DNA of 56,429 nt from a virus (taxonomy: Duplodnaviria; Caudoviricetes). Made by a program: the position numbers and the translations under genes. The stretch lies in the IMG/VR virus record IMGVR_UViG_3300032288_000938, positions 1 through 56,429 of that record; one strand, given 5' to 3'. How positions within the stretch are numbered: the stretch's first letter is position 1; each line of letters opens with the position of its first letter. Below are positions 35,151 to 44,846 of this stretch, piece by piece. Under the pieces are notes generated by a model, which worked only from the letters and a program-made list of their open reading frames with translations, was not told where the DNA came from and searched no databases.

Positions 35151-37526
35151 TTATTGGCCTGCTGGAACTAGCGAACGGGTTGCGGGGTCGTATCTGGTTC
35201 CGGCTGAGCTAATTGTACCACCGAGACCAGCAAGGCTCCTATACATGGCGGCAAGCTGACGCATCTCAGCCAAGGACTCCGGTGTGGCACCTTCCGCCAT
35301 GGCCTTAACAATCTCCGCATCAAGCTTGTTTGCCTCTTCGAAATATTTCTCCTTGCTGATTGCACCAGCCATCGCTGCCTTCTGAGCATCAATCGCAGCC
35401 TGATAACGGAGTTTGGCAATATCGCCTGCCCCTTCAAACGGGGCCATGCGCTGCCTCATTTGAAGTTCGCGAATCTTGTCACGAGCGGCTTGGTCCTGCT
35501 CCTCACGGGCAGAAAACGCCTGCTGTAAGCCACCCCGGAATCCTTCGCCAAGCGGGCCACCCGTGGCAATCATCCCAATCCCAAGCTGGCGAAGAAGGAA
35601 AGGAAGGCCACCAGCCTCTTGCTGACGGGCAAGCATTTCATCCTCTTGCTGTTTGTACTCAGCAGCAAGATCCGTGTCGCGCTTTGTTAAGTACGCAATG
35701 TACTCATCCATAGCGGAAGGTCGCGCGGCCAAGCGAGCAGCCTCTTCTCTCTGGCTGATTTCGCGAGCGCGCCTCATGCGCTCACCGACATCCAGATCAT
35801 ATGGGCGGCTAGGCAATTCGCCATCTTCTGCGTAGTAACCCATCGGACCACGGGGGCCAGTCCTAGAGCCTGCGGGGGCCAGTATCACTCCCGCTTGTCC
35901 ATTGGTTCCCTCAGTGGGGCGAAGTTGCTCAAGTTGCCGCCTGCGCTCTTCAACTACAGAAGGGGGCAGACCCAAAGAGCGGAAGCCTTCCGCCTCGCTC
36001 TCAAGACGACGAAGCTCCTCTTCGCGGCGGATCTGTTCCATCTGCTCGGGCGTCGGGCCACGGCCAACCGCAGGGAATGCACGAACAGGCCCATCAGATC
36101 CGCCAGCCATGCGAACGGCACCGCCTTCTGCCATGTACTGCTGGCGAAGCGTCCTATACCGAGCAAGAATATCATCAACGGACTGACCACCAATATTCTG
36201 GACAAGCCTCGGGTCGCCGCGCTGCATCGGGGGAGGTTGAAGTGGTTCTTGCTTCTCTTGCCCCCTAGCAAACAGAGAAGAGCCAAGCTCACGCATTCCC
36301 TTCTTTGCGTCTGGGCTTCCTAGTGCGCCTGCGAGCAAAGATCCAATACCGCGCTCTTGAGGCTCGGGCATGACCCCGCCAGAGAGGATACCAAATTCGC
36401 GATCTGCGGGGTTCATAATATTCATAGCAACACTCGGTTCTGATTGAGGAATGTCGGGTTTATATGAGTTTAGGGGTGACGCGGGGACGTTTGGTTCAGT
36501 TTGGGGACCATCCATGTCCTGAGCGGTAACGGCAGCAGGAGTAATGACGGGTTCAGGCTGGGCAACACCCATCTTCCGGTTGCTCCAGTTTACCACATCA
36601 GCCGCTGTCATTTTTTTAAGAAATGGATTGGCCTTTATAACTTCTTCGCTAAGGACGCGTGCGGCGGGGGCATTAGGGTCTGCACCAAGAATTTTCTTGG
36701 CACCCCGCCCACCGAGGAAATGAGCAAGATAAAGATTGCCTTCTGATGGCTCATAACCGGCAGAACTCAAAACAGCTGCATTGTCTCTCTTGTACCAGTC
36801 GATTGCGTCTTTTGACATTTCAGGATCGAACTTCAGCCGAAGAGCTTCCCTCTCCCCAACGCGGTCTACGAGACCGGGGTGCCTTTCTTTTAGATACCGA
36901 AGCCATGTGGAGTCAATGAACTGGCCAAGACCAGCGGCGCTGGACCGTGGATTCTTGGCCATCGGGTCAAAGCCGCTCTCGACCCCGACCAACTTATTTA
37001 CGAAAGATCCATCCGCAAGACCGATTATGCCGCCATCGGCATACCCATTTGGCTGCTCATAATAAGATGGGGCGTTTGGCCCATCCTGCTGCCCACCATC
37101 AAACTGAGGCTGCGGCATGGGGATAGACGGGTTCTGGATGCTGATATTGTTGTTTGTTACTGGGGGAGATGCCTGCGGGGTTGTGTTCGGAGTGAACATA
37201 TTAGGCGCTCTGTTATCCATTCCGAACTGCATAGGCGGCTTAGGCGGCTGTGGGGTAAAACCACGTACACCAGCGTTAGCCATGGATTGAGCGGGGGAGA
37301 TGAAGCCGCCGTTAGCAAATGCCTGCGGCGCTGTCGGGGTTCCAATAATATCCTGAACAACCGTCGTTTGCGGAGCGGCAGCAGCCGACTCGCGTATCTT
37401 GTCACGGCGAACAACCTCAGACAGGACAAGGTATTGCGGCACAGTACCCGTTGGCTGAGAAAGCTCCTGCTTCAACCTGTCGTCGGGCAGGCCACGGAGC
37501 ATGTCTTGAAGCTGTACTACGTTCAT
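35151..37526 (-). CDS. Internal virion/ejection protein with lytic transglycosylase domain
   Basis: VESG.DP.AKNP.SSA.GLGQFI.STW, LYLAHFLG; repeated A-x-GG motifs. Confidence 0.8.
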   Translation of the reverse strand: MNVVQLQDMLRGLPDDRLKQELSQPTGTVPQYLVLSEVVRRDKIRESAAAAPQTTVVQDIIGTPTAPQAFANGGFISPAQSMANAGVRGFTPQPPKPPMQFGMDNRAPNMFTPNTTPQASPPVTNNNISIQNPSIPMPQPQFDGGQQDGPNAPSYYEQPNGYADGGIIGLADGSFVNKLVGVESGFDPMAKNPRSSAAGLGQFIDSTWLRYLKERHPGLVDRVGEREALRLKFDPEMSKDAIDWYKRDNAAVLSSAGYEPSEGNLYLAHFLGGRGAKKILGADPNAPAARVLSEEVIKANPFLKKMTAADVVNWSNRKMGVAQPEPVITPAAVTAQDMDGPQTEPNVPASPLNSYKPDIPQSEPSVAMNIMNPADREFGILSGGVMPEPQERGIGSLLAGALGSPDAKKGMRELGSSLFARGQEKQEPLQPPPMQRGDPRLVQNIGGQSVDDILARYRTLRQQYMAEGGAVRMAGGSDGPVRAFPAVGRGPTPEQMEQIRREEELRRLESEAEGFRSLGLPPSVVEERRRQLEQLRPTEGTNGQAGVILAPAGSRTGPRGPMGYYAEDGELPSRPYDLDVGERMRRAREISQREEAARLAARPSAMDEYIAYLTKRDTDLAAEYKQQEDEMLARQQEAGGLPFLLRQLGIGMIATGGPLGEGFRGGLQQAFSAREEQDQAARDKIRELQMRQRMAPFEGAGDIAKLRYQAAIDAQKAAMAGAISKEKYFEEANKLDAEIVKAMAEGATPESLAEMRQLAAMYRSLAGLGGTISSAGTRYDPATRSLVPAGQ

Positions 37527-37528
37527 CT

Positions 37529-38554
37529 TCAGTCGCGCTCCCTCATGATGCGGTCAAGATCCATGACCCCGCCATCCTTGAACCCAAGCATACTGCCAAA
37601 CCAAGGAGACCCAAGGGCATACATACCAAGGCCAGCAATCGTGGAGCCGAAACTGGATGGCTGCTTTTGCGTTGTTTGAGACCCCGCAGGCGCGCCATAA
37701 GCAATGGCTGCATAGTCTGCAAGTTCTTTCTTTGCGATGTCTCTTTGCTCAATAAACTTGCGCAACTCTTCGTCAAGGAGAGCCTGCTGATAAGCCTGTT
37801 GCTGAGATCCGATACCACGGAGTCCCTCAAGTCGCTGAAGCTCCATGGCGCGTTCTTTTTCGCCAAGCTGGCCAAGCTGCTCTGCCGCAGTAAGGCCAAA
37901 CTGGCCACGCTCAAGCGCGGCTTGTTCAGCAAACTGCCGTGATTGCTCTGTGTCAAGCGCCGCTTTACGGGCTGCTTCCTGCTGGCCAATTGCAAGCGCA
38001 CTAGCGCGGTCAAATCCTTCGGCCAGCATCTTGGCCTCAGTGTCTGCGGCAAGCTGGCGATATTCGCGGTTCTGAAGCTCGGACTCAATTGCGCCACGGC
38101 TGCCACCCAAGGCACCGGCTGCGGCCTGACGGGTGCGCAGAGCGGCGGCTTCTTCGCCTTGGCGACGCTGTATACCACCGAGCGCGGCGTCAATAGCCTG
38201 TTGCTGATATGGGTTCAGATATTCGCGGATCTGTTCGCCGGTCAAGCGGTTGGGGTCAAACTGTTGACCTTCAAACCCCGGACGGCCAGATACGGAACCG
38301 GCAGCAGCCCCGGCCATTTCGCCAGCCTCTCCAAGCCTGCCAACACCGGCAGTCAGGTCGCGAATGCCACCAAAGTAACGCTGTGTGTCTGGCGTGAAGC
38401 CAGCAACAGTTTCGCCCTCGTACTGTGGGACCCCTTCCTTGCGCTGCAAATATTGCTGCTTGCCTTGCTGAAGCGCAAACTGAACGTAAGGCTTGAGCAT
38501 TGGATCAAGCTGCTGCGTCGTTGTGGAAGACCCACCGCCCTTGCCGCCACCCAT
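37529..38554 (-). CDS. Putative DNA ejection/pilot protein
   Basis: GGGKGG start, YLNPY, AGALGGSR, Q/A-rich helices. Confidence 0.7.
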   Translation of the reverse strand: MGGGKGGGSSTTTQQLDPMLKPYVQFALQQGKQQYLQRKEGVPQYEGETVAGFTPDTQRYFGGIRDLTAGVGRLGEAGEMAGAAAGSVSGRPGFEGQQFDPNRLTGEQIREYLNPYQQQAIDAALGGIQRRQGEEAAALRTRQAAAGALGGSRGAIESELQNREYRQLAADTEAKMLAEGFDRASALAIGQQEAARKAALDTEQSRQFAEQAALERGQFGLTAAEQLGQLGEKERAMELQRLEGLRGIGSQQQAYQQALLDEELRKFIEQRDIAKKELADYAAIAYGAPAGSQTTQKQPSSFGSTIAGLGMYALGSPWFGSMLGFKDGGVMDLDRIMRERD

Positions 38555-38555
38555 A

Positions 38556-38975
38556 TTATATTTCCTTCTCGAAGATCACGAGGTTTGATTTCCAGCCCCT
38601 TGACTTTAGGATCTTTTCCCAACCCCGCCTGCCAATAAGCTCTAAATTGTTAATTTTGAGATCGCGAGCATAGCTCTCCATAATCTCAAATAGTTCATCC
38701 GCCCATTCATCTAGACGTTCACCGCCAAGATGCTCTCCAGTCAGAGCTGCCCCGGCAGGATATAGCTTTATGCGGATCGTAAAGGCACCAACCAGATTGA
38801 TGGCGGAGCCTTCGTAGGCAACCCAGAGACTCTGGTTCCCTCTCATAAGGTCTTCGTAAACATCTTCCGGTTCAATCTTGTGACTGGAATACTCGAAGGC
38901 TTTAGAGAGGAGGGGAAGTGCCAAGCCCCAATAGTCATCCACCATATCTGGTGGAACGGCGCTAATCTTAATCAA
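38556..38975 (-). CDS. Conserved protein, possible GNAT-like fold
   Basis: LWV, GG.....W, GR.GW motif before ejection genes. Confidence 0.55.
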   Translation of the reverse strand: MIKISAVPPDMVDDYWGLALPLLSKAFEYSSHKIEPEDVYEDLMRGNQSLWVAYEGSAINLVGAFTIRIKLYPAGAALTGEHLGGERLDEWADELFEIMESYARDLKINNLELIGRRGWEKILKSRGWKSNLVIFEKEI

Positions 38976-39481
38976 GCAGGCATAACCTTGTCGTGGTTTA
39001 TTTCGCCATTATCGCGAATGCGCTTTGTGGCTTCACCTTTGACGCGAGAAACCATACCATCAAGGACCTTCGCGCCTGCTTCGCTAGATCCATCGCCCAG
39101 CGCAGATACCACACGCGCAGGGACAACATACTCGCCGTCGGATAGCAAAACCTTGCCTCGGTTGTCAATTGTGCCTGCGATCAGGTCATCAACACCGCCA
39201 CCGGGGCCACGAATCATTCCGCCCTTATCCATTGCATACGCCATCTGCGGGGTTTCGCCCGGAGGGATTGGGGGTAAGTTCATAATGCCTCCCCCATCTG
39301 CAAAATTATATGTCGGATAATTTGCCAAGCCCGGCAGGACTGGCGCGCGTCCAATGGGCATACCCGTAACAGATGTTGGCATAGCCATTCCGCCGCCACC
39401 GGACTGCTGTCCGCCGCCCAAAAGGCTACGGATCCCGCCCATGACGAGAGATGAAAGCATACCTGTGACAAGTGGGATCAT
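38972..39481 (-). CDS. Conserved virion-module protein with GPG..D.I.A...LSDGEYV domain
   Basis: GGMIRGPGGGVDDLIAG...LSDGEYVVPA.VVS.LGDGSSEAGA. Confidence 0.7.
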   Translation of the reverse strand: MIPLVTGMLSSLVMGGIRSLLGGGQQSGGGGMAMPTSVTGMPIGRAPVLPGLANYPTYNFADGGGIMNLPPIPPGETPQMAYAMDKGGMIRGPGGGVDDLIAGTIDNRGKVLLSDGEYVVPARVVSALGDGSSEAGAKVLDGMVSRVKGEATKRIRDNGEINHDKVMPA

Positions 39482-39744
39482 GTTACAATCTTAAGTGTAC
39501 CGCCGTCAGACCACACATCTCCTGATTTCAGGCCGGTGGCGGACGTTGGGATGTTGACGATATTTAGGCCAGATTTGGCTTTGCTGTTTACACCGGCTAC
39601 GGGACCGCATGTAATTGGTCCGACGCTCTGGAACTGATTAAAGATCGTTTCAAGCTGCCGGATAAGCAGATTCATATGCTGCTGAGAATACTCTGGGGGC
39701 GGAAGCGGTAATGCGCCTCTCGCAACGCCGGGTGTAGTTGTCAT
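39478..39744 (-). CDS. Small virion protein
   Basis: LP.PP.EY, PTSA.GL..GDVW. Confidence 0.6.
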   Translation of the reverse strand: MTTTPGVARGALPLPPPEYSQQHMNLLIRQLETIFNQFQSVGPITCGPVAGVNSKAKSGLNIVNIPTSATGLKSGDVWSDGGTLKIVT

Positions 39745-41906
39745 CTGCGGCCATCCAATCTGATGTCAAAACGGGGTGTTCCGAGACGCCAAGCCACACC
39801 CACTTCGTCGCTAGACACCCTTAGTATAACAGATCTACCCCTGATTCTGGTAAACAACTGTTCGGTAAAGCTATTTACCGAATAGTTGTAGCTGACCGGG
39901 TTGCTGTCTGCCGCACCCTTTACGGACCCCGGATACATCTGCGGTTTAATAGCAAAGTCCACAGACCTATTCGGGCTGTAGTCGCCAGTATTACGGAAAG
40001 AAATATCCGGGATAATACGGGATACGAACGCGATCTTGTCGCCATCTTCTATCTCAACGGGGCTGGATTCAATGTAGGCCACAATTGGACTGGGCGGGTT
40101 TGTAGAGCCGTCGTCTGTCCCGACCTCATGATAATAAGTGTAGTTATCAGAGCTTGTCGCGAGAGGGTTCGCACCAAATCCGCGATCTGCCCAAGTCGTT
40201 CGTGACATAGTCCCATAATACCACGCCTTCTCTGCGTAGTTATAGGTGACGTAGCTATCGTTCTCGTCCGAGTTGGCTGATGGGTAGAACCATGTCACCT
40301 CATTGTTTGAACTATTTATGCCAGCGTAAATCTTGTACCGCTGTTCAAAGTTCAAATTCAAAAACACCTTTTCGCGGACCGTGCATGGCATTCGGTTCAC
40401 GGAGCCGTCGTAATAATAAAAGTTGTCGCTGCCCATCCAAAAGGATGTGTTTACGGCAGTCGCTACCGTATTGGGGCCAATAATATCAATGCCACTGGAA
40501 ACCAGTGTTGCAGTGAATACATATGTCCCACCTTGATACTGAAGCGAATACAAAGCAGAATCCGTCCACACGAGAACTTCCTGACGGGTCTGCTCAGCGG
40601 TCATGATGAATGAGCCATTAGACAAGCGCAAGGACCCCGCGTTCTCTGCGGTATCTGCCTCGTCCCAATTAAGATAACTTCGATCCGTTGACCAGCGAAT
40701 GAGCATTTTGTCTTGTGCGCCGCCGCCAAATGGGTCTGCCCCAAAAGCAATCGTATGCTCGCCAATGTCAGACACAAGAACCTTAGAGGCTATGGTTGGG
40801 CAGTCGGTAGCGCCAACTATGTCCACAATATTCTTTGCACGCTGAGTCGGGGTATTCTCCACCCATACATAAATACCGCCATCGCGCGGGTTCATAATCA
40901 GGTCTTCGCCAAAATTGTCAAGTGACCAAAGACGAAGCTGAAGCTGTAAGCTTGATTCGGTCGCGGCTTGTCCCCAGCCGGTAGCAGTGCCGCCATTTGC
41001 AGTGGAAATGTAAGTCAGCATCGTTGCAGCTTCGCTGCTTGTGCCGTTTCCGCTTGCAGTCTTTTGGGTGGTAACGGTTATGGTATTCGTACCAACGGAC
41101 ACAATTGTAAATGCGCGGTTAATGAATTTCACATCAATACCGCCAATGGCCGTTGTCAGGCCCGAAATTACAACAGAATCACCGGCAAGAAGCCCATGAG
41201 AATTGTATGTTATGACAATATCGGCGCTGCCGCTGGTGGCGGCGATGTCGCCTGATGTAACGGTCAAAGAAGAGGTAGGTGCGTTTGCGCCGCCAAATGG
41301 GCCTGCGCCCCAGCCTGTGCCGACAACCAGAGAGTCAAGACCAATGTTAATTTGGTACGCAGCGACTACACTGGCACCGCCACCAGATGCAGAAGAGGTC
41401 GCCGTTGTCGCGACAATGATTTCGTAATTATTGGCATCAATAACATGAGTGACCTCATGCTCCTTATTAAGGTCTGCCGCTGGGACCCCGCCTACAGTTG
41501 TAGCCCCAGAAAAGGTTACATAATCGCCCTCAATACATCCATGTGCGGTGTCCGTGACCTTTACAGTCTTGGATCCGTTTGTTGTCGTAAATGGATTGTT
41601 GTTGATTGTAGAGGATGCTCGGAGTGGAGTAACATCTTGATACTCAGAAAGTGAACCACCATTGATGTACACCTTCTTGCTGGTCGCAACAGATGTATAA
41701 ATTGTCCCGTTCAACGACGCCCAGCGCAAAATATCGCGAGCTGTTCCAAGGAACGGGGTGTTCAAAAACCTTTGCCATCCGCCAATCTTTTCCGGCAGAC
41801 CGTTACGGAAACGCACCTTGTCAGAGTCATACCAACCTCCAGTGTTGGTGTACTCTGTCAAGTCACGGTTGATGCCGGGATTGAACTTTAGCTTGGATAG
41901 AGGCAT
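39741..41906 (-). CDS. Tail/head-closure protein (P22 gp10 / nozzle-like)
   Basis: PGINR, RFR.G.PEKIGGW, WSLDNFGEDL, IRWS, WRLG..R.D...DGRR. Confidence 0.75.
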   Translation of the reverse strand: MPLSKLKFNPGINRDLTEYTNTGGWYDSDKVRFRNGLPEKIGGWQRFLNTPFLGTARDILRWASLNGTIYTSVATSKKVYINGGSLSEYQDVTPLRASSTINNNPFTTTNGSKTVKVTDTAHGCIEGDYVTFSGATTVGGVPAADLNKEHEVTHVIDANNYEIIVATTATSSASGGGASVVAAYQINIGLDSLVVGTGWGAGPFGGANAPTSSLTVTSGDIAATSGSADIVITYNSHGLLAGDSVVISGLTTAIGGIDVKFINRAFTIVSVGTNTITVTTQKTASGNGTSSEAATMLTYISTANGGTATGWGQAATESSLQLQLRLWSLDNFGEDLIMNPRDGGIYVWVENTPTQRAKNIVDIVGATDCPTIASKVLVSDIGEHTIAFGADPFGGGAQDKMLIRWSTDRSYLNWDEADTAENAGSLRLSNGSFIMTAEQTRQEVLVWTDSALYSLQYQGGTYVFTATLVSSGIDIIGPNTVATAVNTSFWMGSDNFYYYDGSVNRMPCTVREKVFLNLNFEQRYKIYAGINSSNNEVTWFYPSANSDENDSYVTYNYAEKAWYYGTMSRTTWADRGFGANPLATSSDNYTYYHEVGTDDGSTNPPSPIVAYIESSPVEIEDGDKIAFVSRIIPDISFRNTGDYSPNRSVDFAIKPQMYPGSVKGAADSNPVSYNYSVNSFTEQLFTRIRGRSVILRVSSDEVGVAWRLGTPRFDIRLDGRR

Positions 41907-41915
41907 TGCATAGCC

Positions 41916-42275
41916 TTACGAAAGCTGCTTGAGCTTGTAGATGGTCTTTAGGTAAATTGCCGTAATTTCGTCAACGATATTTTCCAAAGCCGGTATTTCG
42001 CTTGCAATATGCTCGCGATGTTCATTAATCCAGTTTGCTTCGTCAGACAGGTGAGAGAGAATATCCTTCACTGGTTTGACTGCCGGAATCTCAAGTGGAT
42101 CAACTACTTTACCAGCGGCACCCATATACGCTTCAACAAGCTTGTCAATGCCGTCGATGATGTCATCATAAAATGCACCAAGGGCTTCATGCTCCGCGAA
42201 ACTTTTTGTACGCCAATGGGCAAGATGAGCGCAGTTGCGGGTGCAGAAAACCTTCTGGATAAGCTCGTTCAGCAT
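41916..42275 (-). CDS. Ferritin/Dps-like protein
   Basis: H..HW.T.SFA.H.AL..FY, D..VE.Y.G, YKL..L. Confidence 0.8.
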   Translation of the reverse strand: MLNELIQKVFCTRNCAHLAHWRTKSFAEHEALGAFYDDIIDGIDKLVEAYMGAAGKVVDPLEIPAVKPVKDILSHLSDEANWINEHREHIASEIPALENIVDEITAIYLKTIYKLKQLS

Positions 42276-42284
42276 TTTTCCAAC

Positions 42285-43712
42285 TTATGTCTTGATGATG
42301 TAGTTAAGGATAATTGTTGGCTGCACGTTGTTGTGTGCGCCACCGCCGCCAACTGTCTGCGTAAAAGGTTGCGAAGAGGCTGAGCTAGTCCCAAACCCGG
42401 CATCTGCGGCTTGGGAAGCCAAGCCCGGCACATCTGTTGTTGTTATGCCATACACACCGAGATCAATGTTGCTTTTCGTAAGACCGCCAGACCCGTGTTT
42501 GTGGGCTGGCATTTGTGCTTCTGTAAGGGTATGTGTCTCAAGACCGCCGGTCCCACCAAGGATGTCGCCATCTACGCCGCCAGAGGTGCCAGTAAGACGA
42601 TTTGCGGAAGATCCGCCCATGTCATCTTTACCAGCGGCAGTGCGACCGCGAAGGTCAGGAAGATTGAATGTAGTTGAATTATCGCCGACGCCGTATGTTG
42701 TGCCAATGATAGCAAACAGGTCTGCGTATGTTGAGCGCGATACGGCCTGACCAAAGCTGAGAAGCCAGCCAGATGGCGCGGTCGTTCCCGCAAACGGCAT
42801 CACGGAACCTGTCGGGATCAGAAACCCTCCGGCACCGTTAATAAGAACGGAACCTGTACCTTTTGGGGTCAGGTTAATATCAATGTTTGTGTCTGGGCCG
42901 GTGGCTGCGATAATCGCCGCATTGCCGGTTGTTGCCGATACGTTGGCAGGAGAGGCAATAGTTTTATTTGAGAGCGATTGAGTTCCTGTGAGGGTTGCGA
43001 CCTCAACCCCGCCAGCCTTAACAACGCCAGTCCCCTTGGGTGCAAGCAGAATGTCAATGTTGGTGTCCGACCCACTGCTGGAGATGGAGGGTCCTGACCC
43101 TGTCGCGGCATTTGCCACGGTAATTTCGTTTACGGCTGAAGCAACCGTGTCCATGACAATAAGCTCATTGCCATTTGCATCGGCAACAAACCCACCGTCT
43201 GCAAACTTAGGGGCCGTGAGCGTCTTATTGGTGAGAGTCTGTGTCCCCGTGTTTGTAGTTATTTCGGAACCGCCCACGGTCGCACCGGCGGCGAGATCTT
43301 CAACTGCGTTGTAGAATGTACCGTTGCCACCGCCAGCATCCTTGTCACAAAACACGATGGCGGAAGAGTTTGCCGGTACTGAAACCCCGCTGCCGGAGGT
43401 CGTCTTGATTGTGTGCGAGTCAGCGGTTTCGTTGCGGACGATATAAACCTTATCCACATCGGGAGCAATAATATTGCGGGATGCCCCCGGCGTCCCCTTG
43501 AGGATCAGCGTCATATTGCGAGATTCGTCGGAAGCGCCGTTGGCAAACTCAAGCGTGTAATCGCTGCCAGCCAGCGTGATTTCCTGAACCCCGCAGATTG
43601 CCTGTTCAATCAAGGTCCCAAGGTTTGTGTTGGTCGTGTTGTTCCACGCGCCGGACTGTTCACCGGCACCGATAAGTTCAATACGAAGATTTGGGGAAAA
43701 TGTAGAAGCCAT
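42285..43712 (-). CDS. Tail fibre with tail-collar domain
   Basis: PTG..MPFAG..APSGWL...GQAVSR.TYA.LF..IGTTYG, FNLPDLRGR, HNN.QP...NYIIK. Confidence 0.85.
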   Translation of the reverse strand: MASTFSPNLRIELIGAGEQSGAWNNTTNTNLGTLIEQAICGVQEITLAGSDYTLEFANGASDESRNMTLILKGTPGASRNIIAPDVDKVYIVRNETADSHTIKTTSGSGVSVPANSSAIVFCDKDAGGGNGTFYNAVEDLAAGATVGGSEITTNTGTQTLTNKTLTAPKFADGGFVADANGNELIVMDTVASAVNEITVANAATGSGPSISSSGSDTNIDILLAPKGTGVVKAGGVEVATLTGTQSLSNKTIASPANVSATTGNAAIIAATGPDTNIDINLTPKGTGSVLINGAGGFLIPTGSVMPFAGTTAPSGWLLSFGQAVSRSTYADLFAIIGTTYGVGDNSTTFNLPDLRGRTAAGKDDMGGSSANRLTGTSGGVDGDILGGTGGLETHTLTEAQMPAHKHGSGGLTKSNIDLGVYGITTTDVPGLASQAADAGFGTSSASSQPFTQTVGGGGAHNNVQPTIILNYIIKT

Positions 43713-43720
43713 TTGCGTTC

Positions 43721-44683
43721 CTACGCTGCTATTTCAGTCCAGTTGGGGGACTGTGTGTCTGATACTGGTGTCCAGCCCGGAGACTGGGTGTCTACCACGG
43801 GCGTCCAATTCGGGTTCTGGGAGTCGTTAACTGCCGTCCAATTCGGGGTTTGAGCGTCTGAAACATTTACCCAATTGGCGTTCTGATCTGTGTTAATTAT
43901 ACTCCAGACCAGTACATTTCCGATAAACCCAGTGGCAGAAAGCCCTATTACATAAACAGTTGCCGTATTAACGACCACCGCATTGCCGACATCGCCGGTA
44001 GCGGAAACGCCGGTAACAAAGACCGTTCTTGGCAGTCTGACGGTTACATCGCCAACTGCGCCCGTGCCTTCTACCCCAGTGGGGTAGACATTGGCATCCC
44101 CGGTCGCAACTACGGTCCCGAGCGACGCCGTGAGCGGGGTTCCTACAGGATAGACATTACCCTTGGCAGTGACCGTTACATCGCCAACAGCGCCAGTTGC
44201 GGACACACCTGTAGGCTGTACTGTTGACTTTGCCACAACCGTAACAGACCCCGCCACGCCGGAGGCGGATACCCCAGTCGGATACACATTGGCAGCAGCC
44301 GATACGGCTAAATCGCCGACTTCGCCTGTGGCAAACACCCCGGTTGGGAATATTGTGGCAGACTGCTCGACGGTGACATCGCCAATCTGGCCGGTCGCCT
44401 CTAGACCGAGAACGGCAATATTACCGTCTGTGGATACGGCAACAACGCCAGTCTCGCCAGTTGCCTCTACCCCAGTTACAGGGGCGTTGGCCGCTGCGCT
44501 GGCTGTCGGGGTTCCAAGCTGGCCTGTGGCAAAGACGCCAACGGCGTAGACAAGGGCGTCGGCCTCAACAGCAAGCGTGCCTACGGCCCCGGTGGCCGAC
44601 ACCCCGGTTACATTGACAGACACATTCGCAGAGGACTGGAATGCGGTTGTCTGAAATGCACTAGATTGAAAGGCTGCGGCCAT
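43721..44683 (-). CDS. Repetitive beta-rich virion protein
   Basis: About ten TGV.ATG.VG.V.V repeats; C-terminal 11-aa Q.PNWT.V.D repeats. Confidence 0.7.
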   Translation of the reverse strand: MAAAFQSSAFQTTAFQSSANVSVNVTGVSATGAVGTLAVEADALVYAVGVFATGQLGTPTASAAANAPVTGVEATGETGVVAVSTDGNIAVLGLEATGQIGDVTVEQSATIFPTGVFATGEVGDLAVSAAANVYPTGVSASGVAGSVTVVAKSTVQPTGVSATGAVGDVTVTAKGNVYPVGTPLTASLGTVVATGDANVYPTGVEGTGAVGDVTVRLPRTVFVTGVSATGDVGNAVVVNTATVYVIGLSATGFIGNVLVWSIINTDQNANWVNVSDAQTPNWTAVNDSQNPNWTPVVDTQSPGWTPVSDTQSPNWTEIAA

Positions 44684-44695
44684 AGCCTACCTTAA

Positions 44696-44833
44696 TTAGG
44701 TGGGCTTCACGGGCCACACCGGGTTAAATGGGTCTGAGGTGTTCTCAGGGAGATCACGCAGGGCTTAACGATATGAAGCCCATTCAGCCTGCTTCTCGGG
44801 GCCATAATAGGCCCAGCGGTATAGTAATTGGCA
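44696..44833 (-). pseudogene. Remnant of tail-fibre assembly chaperone gene
   Basis: ...KQAEWASYR*ALRDLPENTSDPFNPVWPVKPT; in-frame TAA at 44765-44767 where Gln is usual; no start. Confidence 0.75.
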
Positions 44834-44846
44834 CTAGATAAGCTCC

